Positions 42,145 to 55,504 of a stretch of DNA of 64,000 bases are shown here, piece after piece. The notes under the pieces were generated by a model. It saw only the letters and a program-made list of their open reading frames with translations. It searched no databases and was not told the DNA's origin. A program made the translations under genes and the position numbers. Every line of letters begins with the position of its first letter. Position 1 is the stretch's first letter. This stretch comes from Octopus vulgaris (lineage: Eukaryota), in assembly GCA_951406725.2 (NCBI GenBank), contig OX597824.1, positions 27,032,001 to 27,096,000 of the forward strand. The letters are read 5' to 3'.

Positions 42145-42219
42145 TTCTCTCTCTCTTTCTCTCTTTCTCTCTCTCTCTTTCTCGCTCTGTCCCGCAACGT
42201 ATCTTGTTAGTTTCGCCGC

Positions 42220-42445
42220 TCTTCTTCTTCTTCTTCTTCTTCTTCTTCTTCTTCCTTCTCCTTCTTCCTTCTTCTTCTTCTTCTTCTTCTTCTTCTTCTT
42301 CCTTCTTCTTCTTCTTCTTCTTCTTCATTCTTCTTCTTCCTTCTTCTTCTTCTTCTTCTTCCTCCTTCTCCTTCTTCCTTCTTCTTCTTCTTCTTCTTCT
42401 TCTTCTTCCTTCTTCTTCTTCTTCTCCTCCTCCTCCTTCTCCCCC
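42220..42445. repeat. (CTT)n microsatellite
   Basis: Direct inspection. Confidence 0.95.
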
Positions 42446-42884
42446 ACCTCAAATTCTCATTCTCACTCTCTCTTCCACTCTCACTCTAACTCTCGTTTCA
42501 TCTAAACTATTCATAAAACACGAAAGGTCGAAACTTCGAAGTCACTAACAGTAAAGAATTAAAAAATATGTCCTCCAAAAAAAAAGAAAAACGTACCGAG
42601 TAATCTTTCACATTATTCACATTAAAGTAAAATTATTTTTTTAAATTAGAGCTCGATACAAATCGATGAGCTGGCAGAATCGTTAGCATGCCGGACAAAG
42701 GGTGGCTAGCGGCGTTTCGTCCGTCTTTGCATTTTGAGCTCGAATTCGGCCGAGGTCAACTTTGTAGGAAAAGAACGCGTGAAGGAAGGAGATAAGTGTA
42801 GGATGGTAGGAGGGAGGGAAGGAGAGAAATGTAGGATGGTAGGAGGGAGGGAAGGAGAGAGACAAAAATTAATTATGGAATTAT

Positions 42885-43043
42885 ATCGTGGGTGTGTTGT
42901 AAGACGTTTGCTTCCCAGCCGCATGGTTCTGGGTTCAGTCCCACTGCGTGGCACCTTGGGCGAGTGTCTTCTACTAAAGCCTCGGGCCGACCAAAGCCAT
43001 GTGAGTGGATTTGGTATTCGGAAACCAAAAGAAGCCCGCCGCG

Positions 43044-43076
<33 letters not shown>

Positions 43077-43630
43077 CACCCTTCGGTCACGACACAGACC
43101 ATGTGATTGCACCTAGAAAGTTATCCTCCCAGGTACAAGGTCCGGGCAAGGACGTTTATATAAGACCAGCAGTCGCCCATGCATACCGGCCTCATCTTTC
43201 CACGCCACCAGTGTTATCCAAGGGAAAGGCAAAGGGACCGATACAGCTTGGCACCTGTGACGTCGCAACTCATTTCTACAACTGAGTGAACTGGAGCAAC
43301 GTGAAATAAAGTGTCTTGCTCAAGAACTCAACACGCAGCCCGGTCCGGGATTCGAGCTCACAACCTCACGATCGTAAGATCGACTCTCTAACCACTGAGT
43401 CATGTGCCTTCACATTTATGTGTGTGTGTGTGTGTGCGTTTGATTCCCATCACCACTTCACAACCGGTGTCGGTGTGTTTATGTCCGCGTAACGAGCGGT
43501 ACAGCAAAAGAGATCAATAGTGTTGGAACAAGGCTTAAAAACTAAAAAAAAAAAAAAAAAAAAACTGTACCGGGGTCGATTCGTTCGACTAACATTCTTC
43601 AAGGCTGCAATCTCATGTCTAAAACTAGCA
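42885..43630 (+). mobile_element. SINE family A interrupted at its internal (TA)n by a family C SINE
   Basis: 5' half at 42885-43045, 3' half at 43420-43630. Confidence 0.8.
43073..43412 (-). mobile_element. SINE family C, full length, nested in family A
   Basis: Reverse complement of 36972-37307. Confidence 0.9.
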
Positions 43631-43692
<62 letters not shown>

Positions 43693-43761
43693 GTGTGTGT
43701 AGATAAGATATATGTTATGCTCATGCCAGAATACATAAATACACGCACTCACCTATATATG

Positions 43762-43826
<65 letters not shown>

Positions 43827-44269
43827 GTGCGCGCAGTGACACACACGCACCACACACACGCATATACATACATACCTGCATATATACACACAGATACATG
43901 CTTTCATACATACACACATGCTTATACACATACATACGTGTATATATATATATATATATATAAACGTGTGTGTGTATATATATATATGTATACATATATA
44001 TATATATATATGCACATATACATGCAGGGACATATACAAACAAATAGATACTTACACACACACACGTACACACATACATACACATATGCGTACACACATA
44101 CACTTACAGCAGTATATTTGTCCACACTTTCTCTTTTGCAGTCCTCCTCCTCCCCCCCCCCCTTACACCCCGCCTCTGTCAATGGTTATTAAATTGTTTC
44201 GTCGAAATTTCCTAATTACTTTTATAATTACTCTGACGGATTCCTTTGTTGTTGCTATTGTTGTTGGTG

Positions 44270-44359
44270 TTATTGTTGTTGTTGTTGTTGTTGTTATTGA
44301 AAGCTAACGATAATAATGGCCGTGATGACGATGATGATGATGCCAGTAATGATGATGAC

Positions 44360-44394
<35 letters not shown>

Positions 44395-44482
44395 CGATGA
44401 TGATGTTGATGATGACGACGACGACGATGATGACGATGATGATGATGATGATGATGATGACGATGATGATGATGACGACGAC

Positions 44483-44527
<45 letters not shown>

Positions 44528-44982
44528 GATGTTGACGGCGACGACGACGACGACGATGATGATTGTGATAATGTTGATGTTGGTGACGATGACGACGATG
44601 ACGATGATGACGATGACGATGATAATGATGATGTTGATGACGACGATGGCTTGTTCAAAATCCGACGAGATCGACTTCATCTCTAAATCCTTTCGGAGTC
44701 GATAAATCAAGTACCAGTTGATTGATGGAGGTCTACGTAATCAACAAACTTCTTTCCCCCCAAATAACTATAGCCTTGTGCCAATATTTCGTCCGTCTTT
44801 AAGTTCTGAATTCAGATTCCGCCGTGGTCGACTTTGCCTTTCGTCCTTTCGGAGTCGATTAAATAAGTACCAGTTACGCACTGGGGACCGATGTAATCGA
44901 TATAATACCCTACCCCATACTAACTTTGTGAAAAAATTTGAAATCATTATCATCATCATCATCATCATCATCATTATTATTA

Positions 44983-45020
<38 letters not shown>

Positions 45021-45304
45021 GTTATTATTATTATTATTATTATTGTCGCTATGGTGATGATGATGAAGTCAGTGATCGTGATTATGATGGTTATGATTTA
45101 TAGTGTGTGTGTGTGTGTATGGTCATGTGTGTGTGTGAGTGAGTACACGTGTGTATACCTGTGTGTGTGTGTACACGTCTATGTACGTGTGTGTGTGCGA
45201 TAGCGTGTCAGTATGGCGCTAATGATGTTGTTACCTGCGATGATGATGACGACGACGACGACAAAAACGACGATGATGAAGGTAATGATGATGATGATGA
45301 TGAC

Positions 45305-45342
<38 letters not shown>

Positions 45343-45950
45343 CGACGACGATGCCGTTTTATGAATATTTTTTGGTGCCAATATTGAAATATGTCGGCGC
45401 TGCTATTAAATATGACGAACCTGACGACGTCCATGCCGTTTGCTATCGTTCTTATTGTATTTGATGATGATGATGATGATGACAACGATGATGATGATAA
45501 TGATGACGATGATAGTGGTGATGGTGGTGATGGTGGCGGTAGTGATGGCAGCGGCTGTGTCGGTTCCGAGGCGATGTAGACGGCGGCAGCGGCGGCGGCG
45601 GTGTGTAGTATTAGTGGTTATGGTGATGGTTGTGATGATGCTGATGCCAATAATAATAATAATAATAATAATCATGATGATGATAATGATGAACGATGAT
45701 CTTGATCATTGTGGTGAAGGTGGCGACGATGATGGCGGCGATGCTGATGATGACGATGGTGATGGCGATGCTGCTTTTAAAGACGACGACGCTGTGTTTG
45801 TTGCTGTTATTTTTATCGTAAATTGTAGGCAGCGGTGGTGTTGGCGGCGGTGGTGCTAGTGATGCTGGTTGTGATTATGATGATGATGTTGATAGTGATG
45901 ATGATGGTGGTGGTGTTGGTATTGGTGGTGATGGCGAATATGGCGGCGGT
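44270..45950. repeat. Block of trinucleotide repeats (GAT/GAC, ATT, GGT/GTT)
   Basis: Direct inspection; interrupted by SINE B fragments. Confidence 0.9.
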
Positions 45951-46098
45951 GGTAATTTCATTGTTGTGTTTGCTTAAAATTTAATCACTAAATTACGGTA
46001 GAGCGATAATTTCACGATTTGATGTTCGACATTTTCTCTTTCATTTCAAGTCAGAGAAATTTGGTGAGGAAGGGAGGGTAAGGTGGGGAGGCGTTGCT

Positions 46099-46130
<32 letters not shown>

Positions 46131-46422
46131 GGTAGTGGTGGTGGTGTTGGAGGAATGAGTGGAAGGATAATTGGCGGAGATGGGTGAGGAGAATGTGGAA
46201 GAGTTTTTCTTAGGCACGGAATTTCTCTCTCTCTCTGTCTATGTATGTATGTATTTACGAATGTATGTATGTATGTATGTATGTATGTATGTATTATGTA
46301 TGTATCTATCTATCTATCTACCTATCTTTTTCGTTGACACCCTCACCCTCACGCTTTCATTTTATCAACTTACCTCCCTACCTCCCTACCTACATATATA
46401 CATACATACTCGTCTGTGTCTA

Positions 46423-46461
<39 letters not shown>

Positions 46462-46589
46462 TTATCCATCTATCTATCTATCAATCTATTCGTCCATCCA
46501 TCCATCCATCCGTCTCTCTCTCTTTCGCCCTCTCTCTCTCTCTCTATTCATCCATCCATCTATCCATCCATTCATCTATCTATCCATCC

Positions 46590-46647
<58 letters not shown>

Positions 46648-47286
46648 ATATCTATCTATCTATCTACTTAGCTATCAACTCGCTATAACTCCCTTCCTCT
46701 CTCTCTCTCTCTCTCTCTCTATCAATCTATATGTGTATGTATGTGTGTGAATGTGTGCCTTTGTGTTCGTGTGTCTGTTTATTTACATGTCAACTTGTCT
46801 ATACTCGATTGTCACCCCCTCTCACTCTGTTTCTGTCAATCTGTCTCTCTCTTTCTATCTCTGTCTCTGTCTGCCTGTCTGCCTGTCTGCCTGTCTGCCT
46901 CTCTCTCTCGCTCTTTGTCCCTCGCTATTTATCTTATAAGCCATCAGCTTTATGGCTCTAGCTTCTTTACCATCGCTTTACTTGTCTGATTTCTGTCTAC
47001 CTATCGAGCAATCAGAATACCAGGCTCTCTTCGTGTTCCCCGCTTATGTACCTGTGACTTACACACACACACAGATAGATTGCTAGATACATACGTACAT
47101 ACATACATATACGTACATACATATACGTACATACATATACGTACATACATCAACACAGTTATACATGCATATGTATTAAATGTGCGTACATACATATATA
47201 CATCTGTATTAACACTCTTAAATACATAATCTCGCACAAACATCCCCCATTCAGCCACCTATCCACACGTGCATATCTATGCACAT

Positions 47287-47334
<48 letters not shown>

Positions 47335-47367
47335 ATGTATATATCTTTTTTTGTTAAAAATTTATTT

Positions 47368-47510
47368 ATTTATTTTTCACTACTGTTTATTTCTCGTGTT
47401 CCTTTCTGTTGAAGAGCAAAGGCTCGAAACGTAAAAGACTTTCTCACCTCGAGCGTCAAACCCCTGTTTAAATCCCTGTCTATGTCTTTTGTTTTTCTGT
47501 AAATTTCAAC
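47368..47510 (+). mobile_element. Hammerhead-bearing short element, copy 4
   Basis: Homologous blocks; 3' end TAAATTTCAAC is followed by (TA)n. Confidence 0.7.
47402..47437 (+). ncRNA. Minimal type I hammerhead-like motif
   Basis: CUUU-CUGUUGA-A-GAGC-AAAG-GCUC-GAAAC-GU-A-AAAG. Confidence 0.65.
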
Positions 47511-47612
47511 TATATATATACATCCATACACACACAAACACACACACACACATACATACACACATACATACATACATACATACATACATACACACATACA
47601 TACATACATACA

Positions 47613-47643
<31 letters not shown>

Positions 47644-48692
47644 TCATGTTTGTTTTTATCTTATAATAACAGTTTTACCTTCTAAATACATTTGGTAGAG
47701 TTCAAATTTATTATTGAAAAAAAAAAAAAGAATTTACAACGACTTAGATGTTTCGGCCAGCTAAACCATCATATATACAAGCATACGTAGATGTATATAC
47801 GCGTTTTAATAACCTCTCATGTCCAAAAAAATCCACCTAAAAGCACCTGCACACCTCCAGATATATATATACCCGTACAACCAGATACACTTCTTATCGT
47901 ATTGTTTGTATTCTGTTATTCTGTTACTCTGTTAATCCATGTGATTGCTTTTATTCTTGCTGATAGTATAGATTTGATCCAGGAGGCTGAGTTGGTTGAG
48001 CAGTGTTTGTTTTGTCGGTAAAGACCCTCGTAGGGGTAAGAAATTAACGTGCAAGTGGTTGAGCCCTTCACAGATACGCATGCCTTAACTCCATGGGTAC
48101 GCGTGTCGTTAAGGGTCGTGTGACTGTGGGGTGTTCACGCGTGTGCTAGTGGATTTAGCGTGATACATGATGCGACAGGGCTGGCCCTTTGAGCTACGAG
48201 TATCTACGAGTACTACTCATTTCTGCCTGCGTAGAGGACTGGAGCAACGGTTAGTTAAAGCGTCTTGCTAAAGGACAGAACGCGTCAACGGGGACCGAAC
48301 TCCCGACCCAACGATCGTGAGCCGCATATCTTAATCAAGGAGCCACGTGTGCCTTCACTATACACATGGGTATAAACATACAGATACGCACATACACAGG
48401 CGTGTAACTTGCACCAACTCGTGCACACACACACACAAATGCGCGCACGCACCCACATACACGCTCACTCATTTACACACTAGCACACATACGATGATAT
48501 ACACTCACAAACACACATATGTATATATATGTATATATATATAAAAGGGATTTGTATGATTGTATATACAGAGGGATATATATTATTCATATATATATGT
48601 ATATATATGTATATATGTATGTATATATATATATAAACACGCAATCACGTGACATACATGATGCGTGCACCCCCTCCCCCCACCGAAAAAAA

Positions 48693-48728
<36 letters not shown>

Positions 48729-48861
48729 TGCATGTCTCGTTTCTCTTTTTTTTTTCATTGTTCGAAAAAATGTTCGTTTTTTATGCTGTTTTTATGTTTT
48801 CGTTTCTCATTGTGTTCAACGGATTTTGATGTCCTGTACCCATTTCTGCATGTATATATAC

Positions 48862-48946
<85 letters not shown>

Positions 48947-48983
48947 GGTATGTATATATATGTATGTATATATGCATATATAT

Positions 48984-49124
48984 AGGCGCTGGAGTAGCTG
49001 TGTGGTAAGTAGCTTGCTAACCAACCACATGGTTCCGATTCCGGGGTCGATTTGCTCGACTAAAAGGCGGTGCTCCAGCATGGCCGCAGTCAAATGACTG
49101 AAACAAGTAAAAGAGTAAAAGAGT
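48984..49124 (+). mobile_element. Mini SINE A (head fused directly to tail)
   Basis: ...CACATGGTTCCGATTCCGGGGTCGATTTGCTCGAC...; roughly 270 bp of the interior is missing. Another internally deleted copy lies at 61490-61682. Confidence 0.85.
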
Positions 49125-50673
49125 ATATTTATATCATTATATGATCGAACGCAACGCATCCTTTTCCAATACACAAACATATATATATACACACACACAC
49201 ACAGACACACACGCGCACACACACACACGTACAAACACGTACTTGCACGCACCTTCTCACAATTTAACGCACTTATTCAATTAAGGCGTCTGCTTCTTGT
49301 ATTTCCTCGGTGCATGTCTGACCGACTATTTCAATGTTTGAAGAGCGTCATTATGTTTATTCGAGTAGTCTTGTCTATATCTCGGTCCATTTGTGTGTAT
49401 GTGTGTGTTGTGTTGTGTGTGTATGTCTGTGTGTGTATGTGTGTGTGTAGTCCGAAACTTCGAGATCACTGTCCTCCTTCTTCTTGGAATAGTATGATAA
49501 ACATGAGCACTACAAAACATAGTATTATTAAGTAAATCTTCAGTTGAATGGAAATTTGTTTTTATTGCGGAATCGTTAACATTCCGGACAAAATGCTTAT
49601 CCTGGGGTACTGTCCCGAAGAATCTTACCTGTTTTTTTTGTGTTTTGTTTTTTTTTTGCTGAAAAGCTAAATTACGGGGACGTAAACACACCAACACCGG
49701 TTGTCAAGCGGTGGTTGGAAAAAAAGACAGACGCAAGGACGCACACACACACTCAAAACACACTCACACACTCATGATGGGCTTCTTTCAGTTTCCATCT
49801 ACCAAATCCACTAACAAAACTTTGGCTGGCACAAGACTACAGTGGAAGACAAACGCCCAAGGCGTCACACAGTGGAACTGAACCCAGAATCATGTTGTTG
49901 GGAAGCAAGCTTCTTACCACAAAGCCATGCCTTCACTATCTCGCCTGCTCTTACCGAAGACAGATAAGGCGTTATCGGAAGGAATTTGGCTGGTATTTCT
50001 AGTAGACAGGCCGACAGAGCGACTACATGGCAGATCTTGTGTTTACCTTAAGTTTAATAGTCGTTGTTGCTGTTGTTTTTGTCGTTGGTTAACCCCAAGG
50101 TAGATCTATTATTTAGAAATTCCTTCCGTGACCAACTTGTCTATTTTGTCTGTAAGTGGAACTTAAGAGCACCTTATTCGACGTTTCGTTTTATCAGATG
50201 GTTGGTTCAATTTGAAGGAGATTTGGCTGCTATTTCTAGCATATCGTTTGGTCATGTAATAGATGCACTGTATGTTATAGGATTGCATGTGTGTGTGTGT
50301 GCGTGTGTGTGTGTGTGTGTGTGCGTGCGTGTGTGCGTGTGTGCGTGTGTGCATGTATAACGACTGTATGTGACGAATCAATTATACATTAACAGCTGTC
50401 CGACATTATAGTGTGAAAACAACCATTTACTGTACAGGGAGAGACAGAGAGAGAGACAGACAGAAAGAGACACAAACAGACAGAGAGGGGAGAGAAAGAG
50501 AGAGACTAATATAGCAGCGATATTTTATTTTAACGCTGTATAAGAGGGCAAAGATATCACAAGCGCACAAAATATCACATTGCAGCAGAGAATAATCGAT
50601 AAGAAATATTTGATATTACTGCAACATAAACAAACTCAATTTTTAGTGTTGAATCAATTTGTCTCTGTGTGTG

Positions 50674-50713
<40 letters not shown>

Positions 50714-50955
50714 TAATAAATTAAATAAAACATATGCATATATATAAAGATATATGTACGTACCTACCTCTACATGTACATATACACGCATATATGAGTA
50801 CAGGACACCAAAAGGACGTCGAACACAATGAGAAACGAAAACATAGACACAAACCAAAGGAACTGGACATATATTTAAAAACAACAAAACAATAGAATAC
50901 AGGACAATTAACACAAAGAAAAAACCCCTTCTTCAGGCGCTAAAGCTTTCATCTA

Positions 50956-51016
<61 letters not shown>

Positions 51017-51020
<4 letters not shown>

Positions 51021-51232
51021 ATCCAAACAAGAAAGCAAAAAAAAACACAACAACGCGAGGACGTGGAACAAATATAGTTTTATTGGACGTTCAGGAAGGA
51101 AGGGAAGAAGGAGGGTTTAACGTTTCGAGCGGAGCTCTTCGTCGGAAACATAGGAGAAGGAAAGATCCAGAAAAGGGAAGACAGAGTAAAAAAAAAATCG
51201 CCAACGGTACACACGAGGTCACATTTTGAAAA

Positions 51233-51237
<5 letters not shown>
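51017..51237 (-). mobile_element. Hammerhead-bearing short element, divergent subfamily (copy 5), flanked by (TA)n on both sides
   Basis: Same layout as the other copies with diverged primary sequence. Confidence 0.7.
51115..51149 (-). ncRNA. Minimal type I hammerhead-like motif with covarying stem I
   Basis: Reverse complement reads GUUU-CCGACGA-A-GAGC-UCC-GCUC-GAAAC-GU-U-AAAC. Stem I is GUUU/AAAC versus CUUU/AAAG in the other copies. Confidence 0.7.
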
Positions 51238-51268
<31 letters not shown>

Positions 51269-51509
51269 TCTGTAGAAAACATAAATCCGGAAACGCTTCT
51301 TAACCACACAATCATATGTGTGTACGCGCGTGCGCGTGTATATATATATATGCGTGTGTGTGTGTGTGTGTGTGTATTCTGTTTCTTTTTATTCGCTTAC
51401 TTGTTTCAGTCATTAGACTGCGGTCATGCTGGGGCACCGTCGAGAAATAATTTCATCGAATGGCAAAGTATATATTTGTATGTGTGTGTGCGTGTGTATA
51501 TATATATGT

Positions 51510-51987
51510 GTGTGTTTATTGAGCTCCTCGAGGCTCCGGCAGGGGTTGGTGGCAACCCCTGTGTTGCTCTTTCGTCCCCAAATTTCTCTCACTTTCTCTT
51601 CCTGTTTCTTGAGTAACGTTGCGATGGACTGGCGTACCGTTCCAGCTGGGGTGGGGGGGAGGGCACATACGCCATAGAAACCGGGAAACCGAGCCTATGA
51701 ACCTGGCCCAGTGGTTAGGGCAGCGGATTCGCGGTCGGAGGATCGCGATTTCGATTCCCAGACCGGGCGTTGTTTGTGTTTATTGAACTCCACGAGCCCC
51801 GGCAGGGGTTGGTGGCGACCCCTGTTGTGCTCTTTCGCCCCAACTTTCTCTCACTCTTTCTTCTTGTTTCTTGAGTAACGTTGCGATGGACTGGCATCCC
51901 GTTTAGCTGGGGGGGGGGGGGGCACATACGCCATAGAAACCGCGAAACCGAGCCCATGAAACTGGCTAGGCTTGAAAAGTGCGCATA
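51510..51987 (+). mobile_element. SINE family D tandem dimer with a different tail, ending in (AAT)n
   Basis: Two units (51510-51707 and 51704-51987) joined through TGGC; tail GTTGCGATGGACTGGC..AGAAACCG. Confidence 0.85.
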
Positions 51988-52012
51988 AATAATAATAATA
52001 ATAATAATAATC

Positions 52013-52065
<53 letters not shown>

Positions 52066-52107
52066 CATAATAATAATAATAATAAAAGAATATATATGTG
52101 TGTAAAA

Positions 52108-52408
52108 CTCACTTGGAAAAGGATGCGTGGAATTCGATCATATAATAATATAAATTATATATAAATATATGCATATATACATACATATATGTACATACCT
52201 ACAGAGATATGTATATATATACATGCATATATGGGTACAAGGCATCAAAAAAATGCTGAACACAATGAGAAACGAAAGCATAAAAATAAAAACAGAAAAT
52301 GAACTTTTTTTCGAACAACGAAAAAACAAACAAACAGAGAAACGAGACATGCAACATAAAGAATATTCCCCTTCATCAGTGGTCCCTGTTTCATCTACTC
52401 CGCGTTGG
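52108..52408. repeat. Dispersed AT-rich repeat family F (GGGTACAGGACATC..AACACAATGAGAAACGAAA), TA-associated; copies at 13545-13655, 13860-14075 (inverted), 48725-49172 (inverted) and 50715-50960
   Basis: Shared blocks visible by eye in five places; class unknown. Confidence 0.75.
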
Positions 52409-52417
52409 ATGATAACA

Positions 52418-52598
52418 GGTAAGTTCACCGCCATCAATTTACCGTTTAATCCGTTGATTGAACACATTGGAGCTCAATAAATTATGGTTTTGTTTTTATT
52501 CTTTTCCTGTGAACTTATCTGTCCGTAAACTTTCCTTGCGGTGAACTTTCTTTACAGGGAACTTTCCCTACGGTGAATTGATGACGAGTGAGCTTACT
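52418..52598. mobile_element. Small inverted-repeat element with ~15-bp subterminal tandem repeats
   Basis: Left GGTAAGTTCACCGCCATCAATTTACCG versus reverse complement of the right end AGTAAGCTCACTCGTCATCAATTCACCG. GGTGAACTTTCC-like unit repeated ~5 times at 52508-52580. Confidence 0.55.
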
Positions 52599-53019
52599 AC
52601 CGGACATGGACTGGTTAACATTAAGATTTTCCTTTTGCAACTGTAAGGTCCCAGGTTTTATACCACAACATGGCATCAAAGGCAAGTGTATTTTACCTTA
52701 GCCTCAGACTGGTCGAGTGAGTGAAATCAGAAGGACGGGAATTGCAGGGAAGCCCTTCTCATGGACTTTGTCCTTAACTCAAAAAGCCCAACCATGTTAT
52801 ACTGTATCGCGCTGATTTAACCTGGGAATCGAAACCGTGTTCTTGCGACCGCGAGTCCGCTGCCCTAACTATTGGGCCATTGCGCCTCTGCTGTCGCTGT
52901 TGTTGATTAATCGCATGTCAACTCTTATTGAATAGACCAATAATAACAATATATAATAAAAAGTATTTCAAACACTGACTTGTTTTACTCAATATTGTAA
53001 GTAGAAAGTCTGGAATTCT

Positions 53020-53430
53020 GAGGGGAAGGCATAAGTGGATTAGATCGACTCCCAGTGTTCAATTGCTACTTGCTTTATCGACCCGGAAAGGGTGAAAGGC
53101 AAAGTCGGCTTCTGCGAAATTTGAATCGTGAAAGTAAAGACGGACGAAATTCCACTGAGCAACCTGCCCAACGTGCTAACGATTCTGCCAGCTCGCTACC
53201 TTACCCACTCGGTATATTGGTTTCAAATTTTAGCACAAGGTCAGCAATTCAGGGGGAGAGGAAAAGTCGATTATATCGATCCCAGTGATCAGCTGGTACT
53301 TACTTTATCGATTCCGAAAGGGGGTTAAAGGCAAAGTCGACATCGGCGGAATTTGAACTTAAAATGTAGAGATGGACCAAATGCATTGTACCCAACGTGC
53401 TTAACGTTTCTGCCAGATCGCTGTCTTAAT
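53020..53430 (-). mobile_element. Two tandem older SINE B copies (tail type B2); other B2/degenerate copies at 14900-15065(-), 38020-38215(-), 40125-40265(-), 42665-42765(+), 44650-44945(+), 54825-55050(+), 57540-57705(+) and 58130-58265(+)
   Basis: Same head and central block, with the alternative tail ...GGCCTTGTGCCAAAATTTGAAAC. Confidence 0.8.
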
Positions 53431-53835
53431 GTCGATGAATATGGTAGAATTCTCTTGAGCGGTCAAGTGGCGGAATTATTAAAGCGTCGTAAGAGTTGTT
53501 TCTGTAGTATTACTACCGGGTTTTAGCATCCCAAGTTCAAACCTCGCCGAGTTCAAATCATACTTTCATTATCATAGGATACATAAAATACCATTCTCTT
53601 GAATACATGAAATACCATACTCTTGGGTGATGGATTGGGTGATAGATAGTTAGGACGGAGGACAAAATATCTTTGTAGCAGTTGTTTCAGTTCTTTGCAT
53701 CCTGAACTCAAATTACACATTAGTGCGCAGACGACCAAGTCTAGCCAACTGAAATAAACCGTGAAATCATCCAAATCCTCAAATATCTACAGCGGTCAAT
53801 TGAACAAAGAACCAGCATAGAAAAGTCGATGATGG

Positions 53836-54246
53836 AAACGCAGGAGTGGCTGTGTGGTGGTAAGTAGCTTGCTTACCAACCACATGGTTCCGAGTTCAGT
53901 ACCACTGCGTGGCACCTTGGGCAAGTGTCTTCTACTATAGCCTCGGGCCGACCAAAGCCTTGTGAGTGGATTTGGTAGACAGAAACTGAAAGAAGCTCGT
54001 CGTATATATGTATATCTATATATATATGTGTGTGTGTTTGTGTGTCTGTGTCTGTCCCCCAACATCGCTTGACAACCGATGCTGGTGTGTTTACGGTCCC
54101 GTAACTTAGCGGTTCGGCAAAAGAGACCGATAGAATAAGTACTAGGCTTACTAAGAATAAGTCCTGGGGTCGATTTGCTCGACTAAAGTCGGTGCTCCAG
54201 CATGGCCGCAGTCAAATGACTGAAACAAATAAAAGGGTAAAAGAAT
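53836..54246 (+). mobile_element. SINE family A, full-length reference copy (tRNA-like head, CORE-like CACCTTGGGCAAGT, internal TA/GT microsatellite, TAAAAGA tail)
   Basis: A box-like TGGCTGTGTGG and B box-like GAGTTCAGTACC. More than 20 homologous full or partial copies occur in the window. Confidence 0.9.
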
Positions 54247-54312
54247 GGTGTGCTGAGACATTCATCTTGCAGTGATCGAAAATGGTTGAATGGAATGCAA
54301 TAGAATAACTAC

Positions 54313-54690
54313 AGGTGCAGATGTGGTTATGTGGTAAGAAGCTTGCTTCACAAAGATATGATTTCAGGTTCAATCCCACTTTGGGCAAGTATCTTCTACT
54401 ATAAGCTCGGGCCGACAAAGCCTTGTGAGTGAATTTGGTAAAAGGAAACTGAAAGAAGCCCATCGTGTATGTGTGTGTCTTTGTGTTTGTCCCCCTCCAC
54501 CGCTTGACAACCGATGTTAGTATGTTTATAGCCCGTAACTTAGCAGTTCGGCAAAAGAGACCGATACGATAAGTAATAGGCTTCAAAAACAGTACTGAGG
54601 TTACTTCAATTAATTTAAAATTCTTCAGGTCTGTGCCCCAGGATGGCAGCAGTCTAATGACTGGAACGGGTAAATGATAAAAGATAAAAA
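54313..54690 (+). mobile_element. SINE family A, diverged copy
   Basis: Colinear with 53836-54246. Confidence 0.85.
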
Positions 54691-55158
54691 ATCTAGGATT
54701 TTACAATGTCTCCCTCGTATAACTAAAATGGTGGAATATCGTGTGAGGCACAATTAATTGCATCCTATGGCAGAGTGCACGACCGCTAAGATGGGAAATT
54801 TTGCTACGGTAATCGTTTATTATTAAGACGACGAGCTAGCGGAATCGTTAGGATGTCAGGCAAAATGTTTAACAGTATTACAGTATTTCTTCCCGTCTCC
54901 TTACGTCCTGATTACGGATATCGCCAAGGCCAACTTTACCTTTTGTCCCCTTCTGAATCGGTAAAATGACGAACCAGACAAGCACCGCAGTCGAGGTAAA
55001 CGGCTTGTCTCTTACGCTTAAAAAAATTGCTTTATTTGAGCCCTGCAACGGACCGGCATCCCGTTTAGGGAAAAAAAATGTGATCTCCGTTACTTATATA
55101 TCATGGAAGCCGAACAACTGGTTTTATGATACCAAGGACTCGAAGCAAAACAAACCTA

Positions 55159-55394
55159 CAGTAATCCCTCGCTATATCGCGGTTCACCCATCGCGGTTCG
55201 CATATCGTGGCTTATTATTTCAGCTTACACCGCTTCCTCTGTGGTGTTGTGTTGAATTTATTATAAAATAAATATATACAAATTATAATGATAATAATAA
55301 ATATATACAGTAAAGTTCTGTTTCAGTTTCGCGGATTTTCCCCTATCGCGGGGTTTTTTGGAACGTATCACCCGCGATAATCGAGGAATTGCTG
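55159..55394. mobile_element. pogo/Tigger-like MITE
   Basis: TA|CAGTAATCCCTCGCTATATCGCGG ... CCGCGATAATCGAGGAATTGCTG|TA inverted termini with an AT-rich interior. Confidence 0.8.
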
Positions 55395-55504
55395 TACCAT
55401 TACCGTTGTTATACTTAGTATAGTTGTTGGTTTTGTTGTTGTTGCTGTTTAGTCCCACGTCAACAACGATCACATAAATCATAACCGACCTGTTTCTTCA
55501 AGGC

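Noticed and set aside
44246-44705. Poly-Asp/poly-Met ORFs resembling acidic biomineralisation proteins
   Set aside because: The (GAT/GAC)n tract is open in several frames and runs into a SINE B fragment, and no splice structure was seen.
47744-47772. Minus-strand TGATGGTTTAGCTGGCCGAAACATC hammerhead half
   Set aside because: A stem II and GAAAC are present, but the CUGA core and stem I are missing; at most a truncated remnant.
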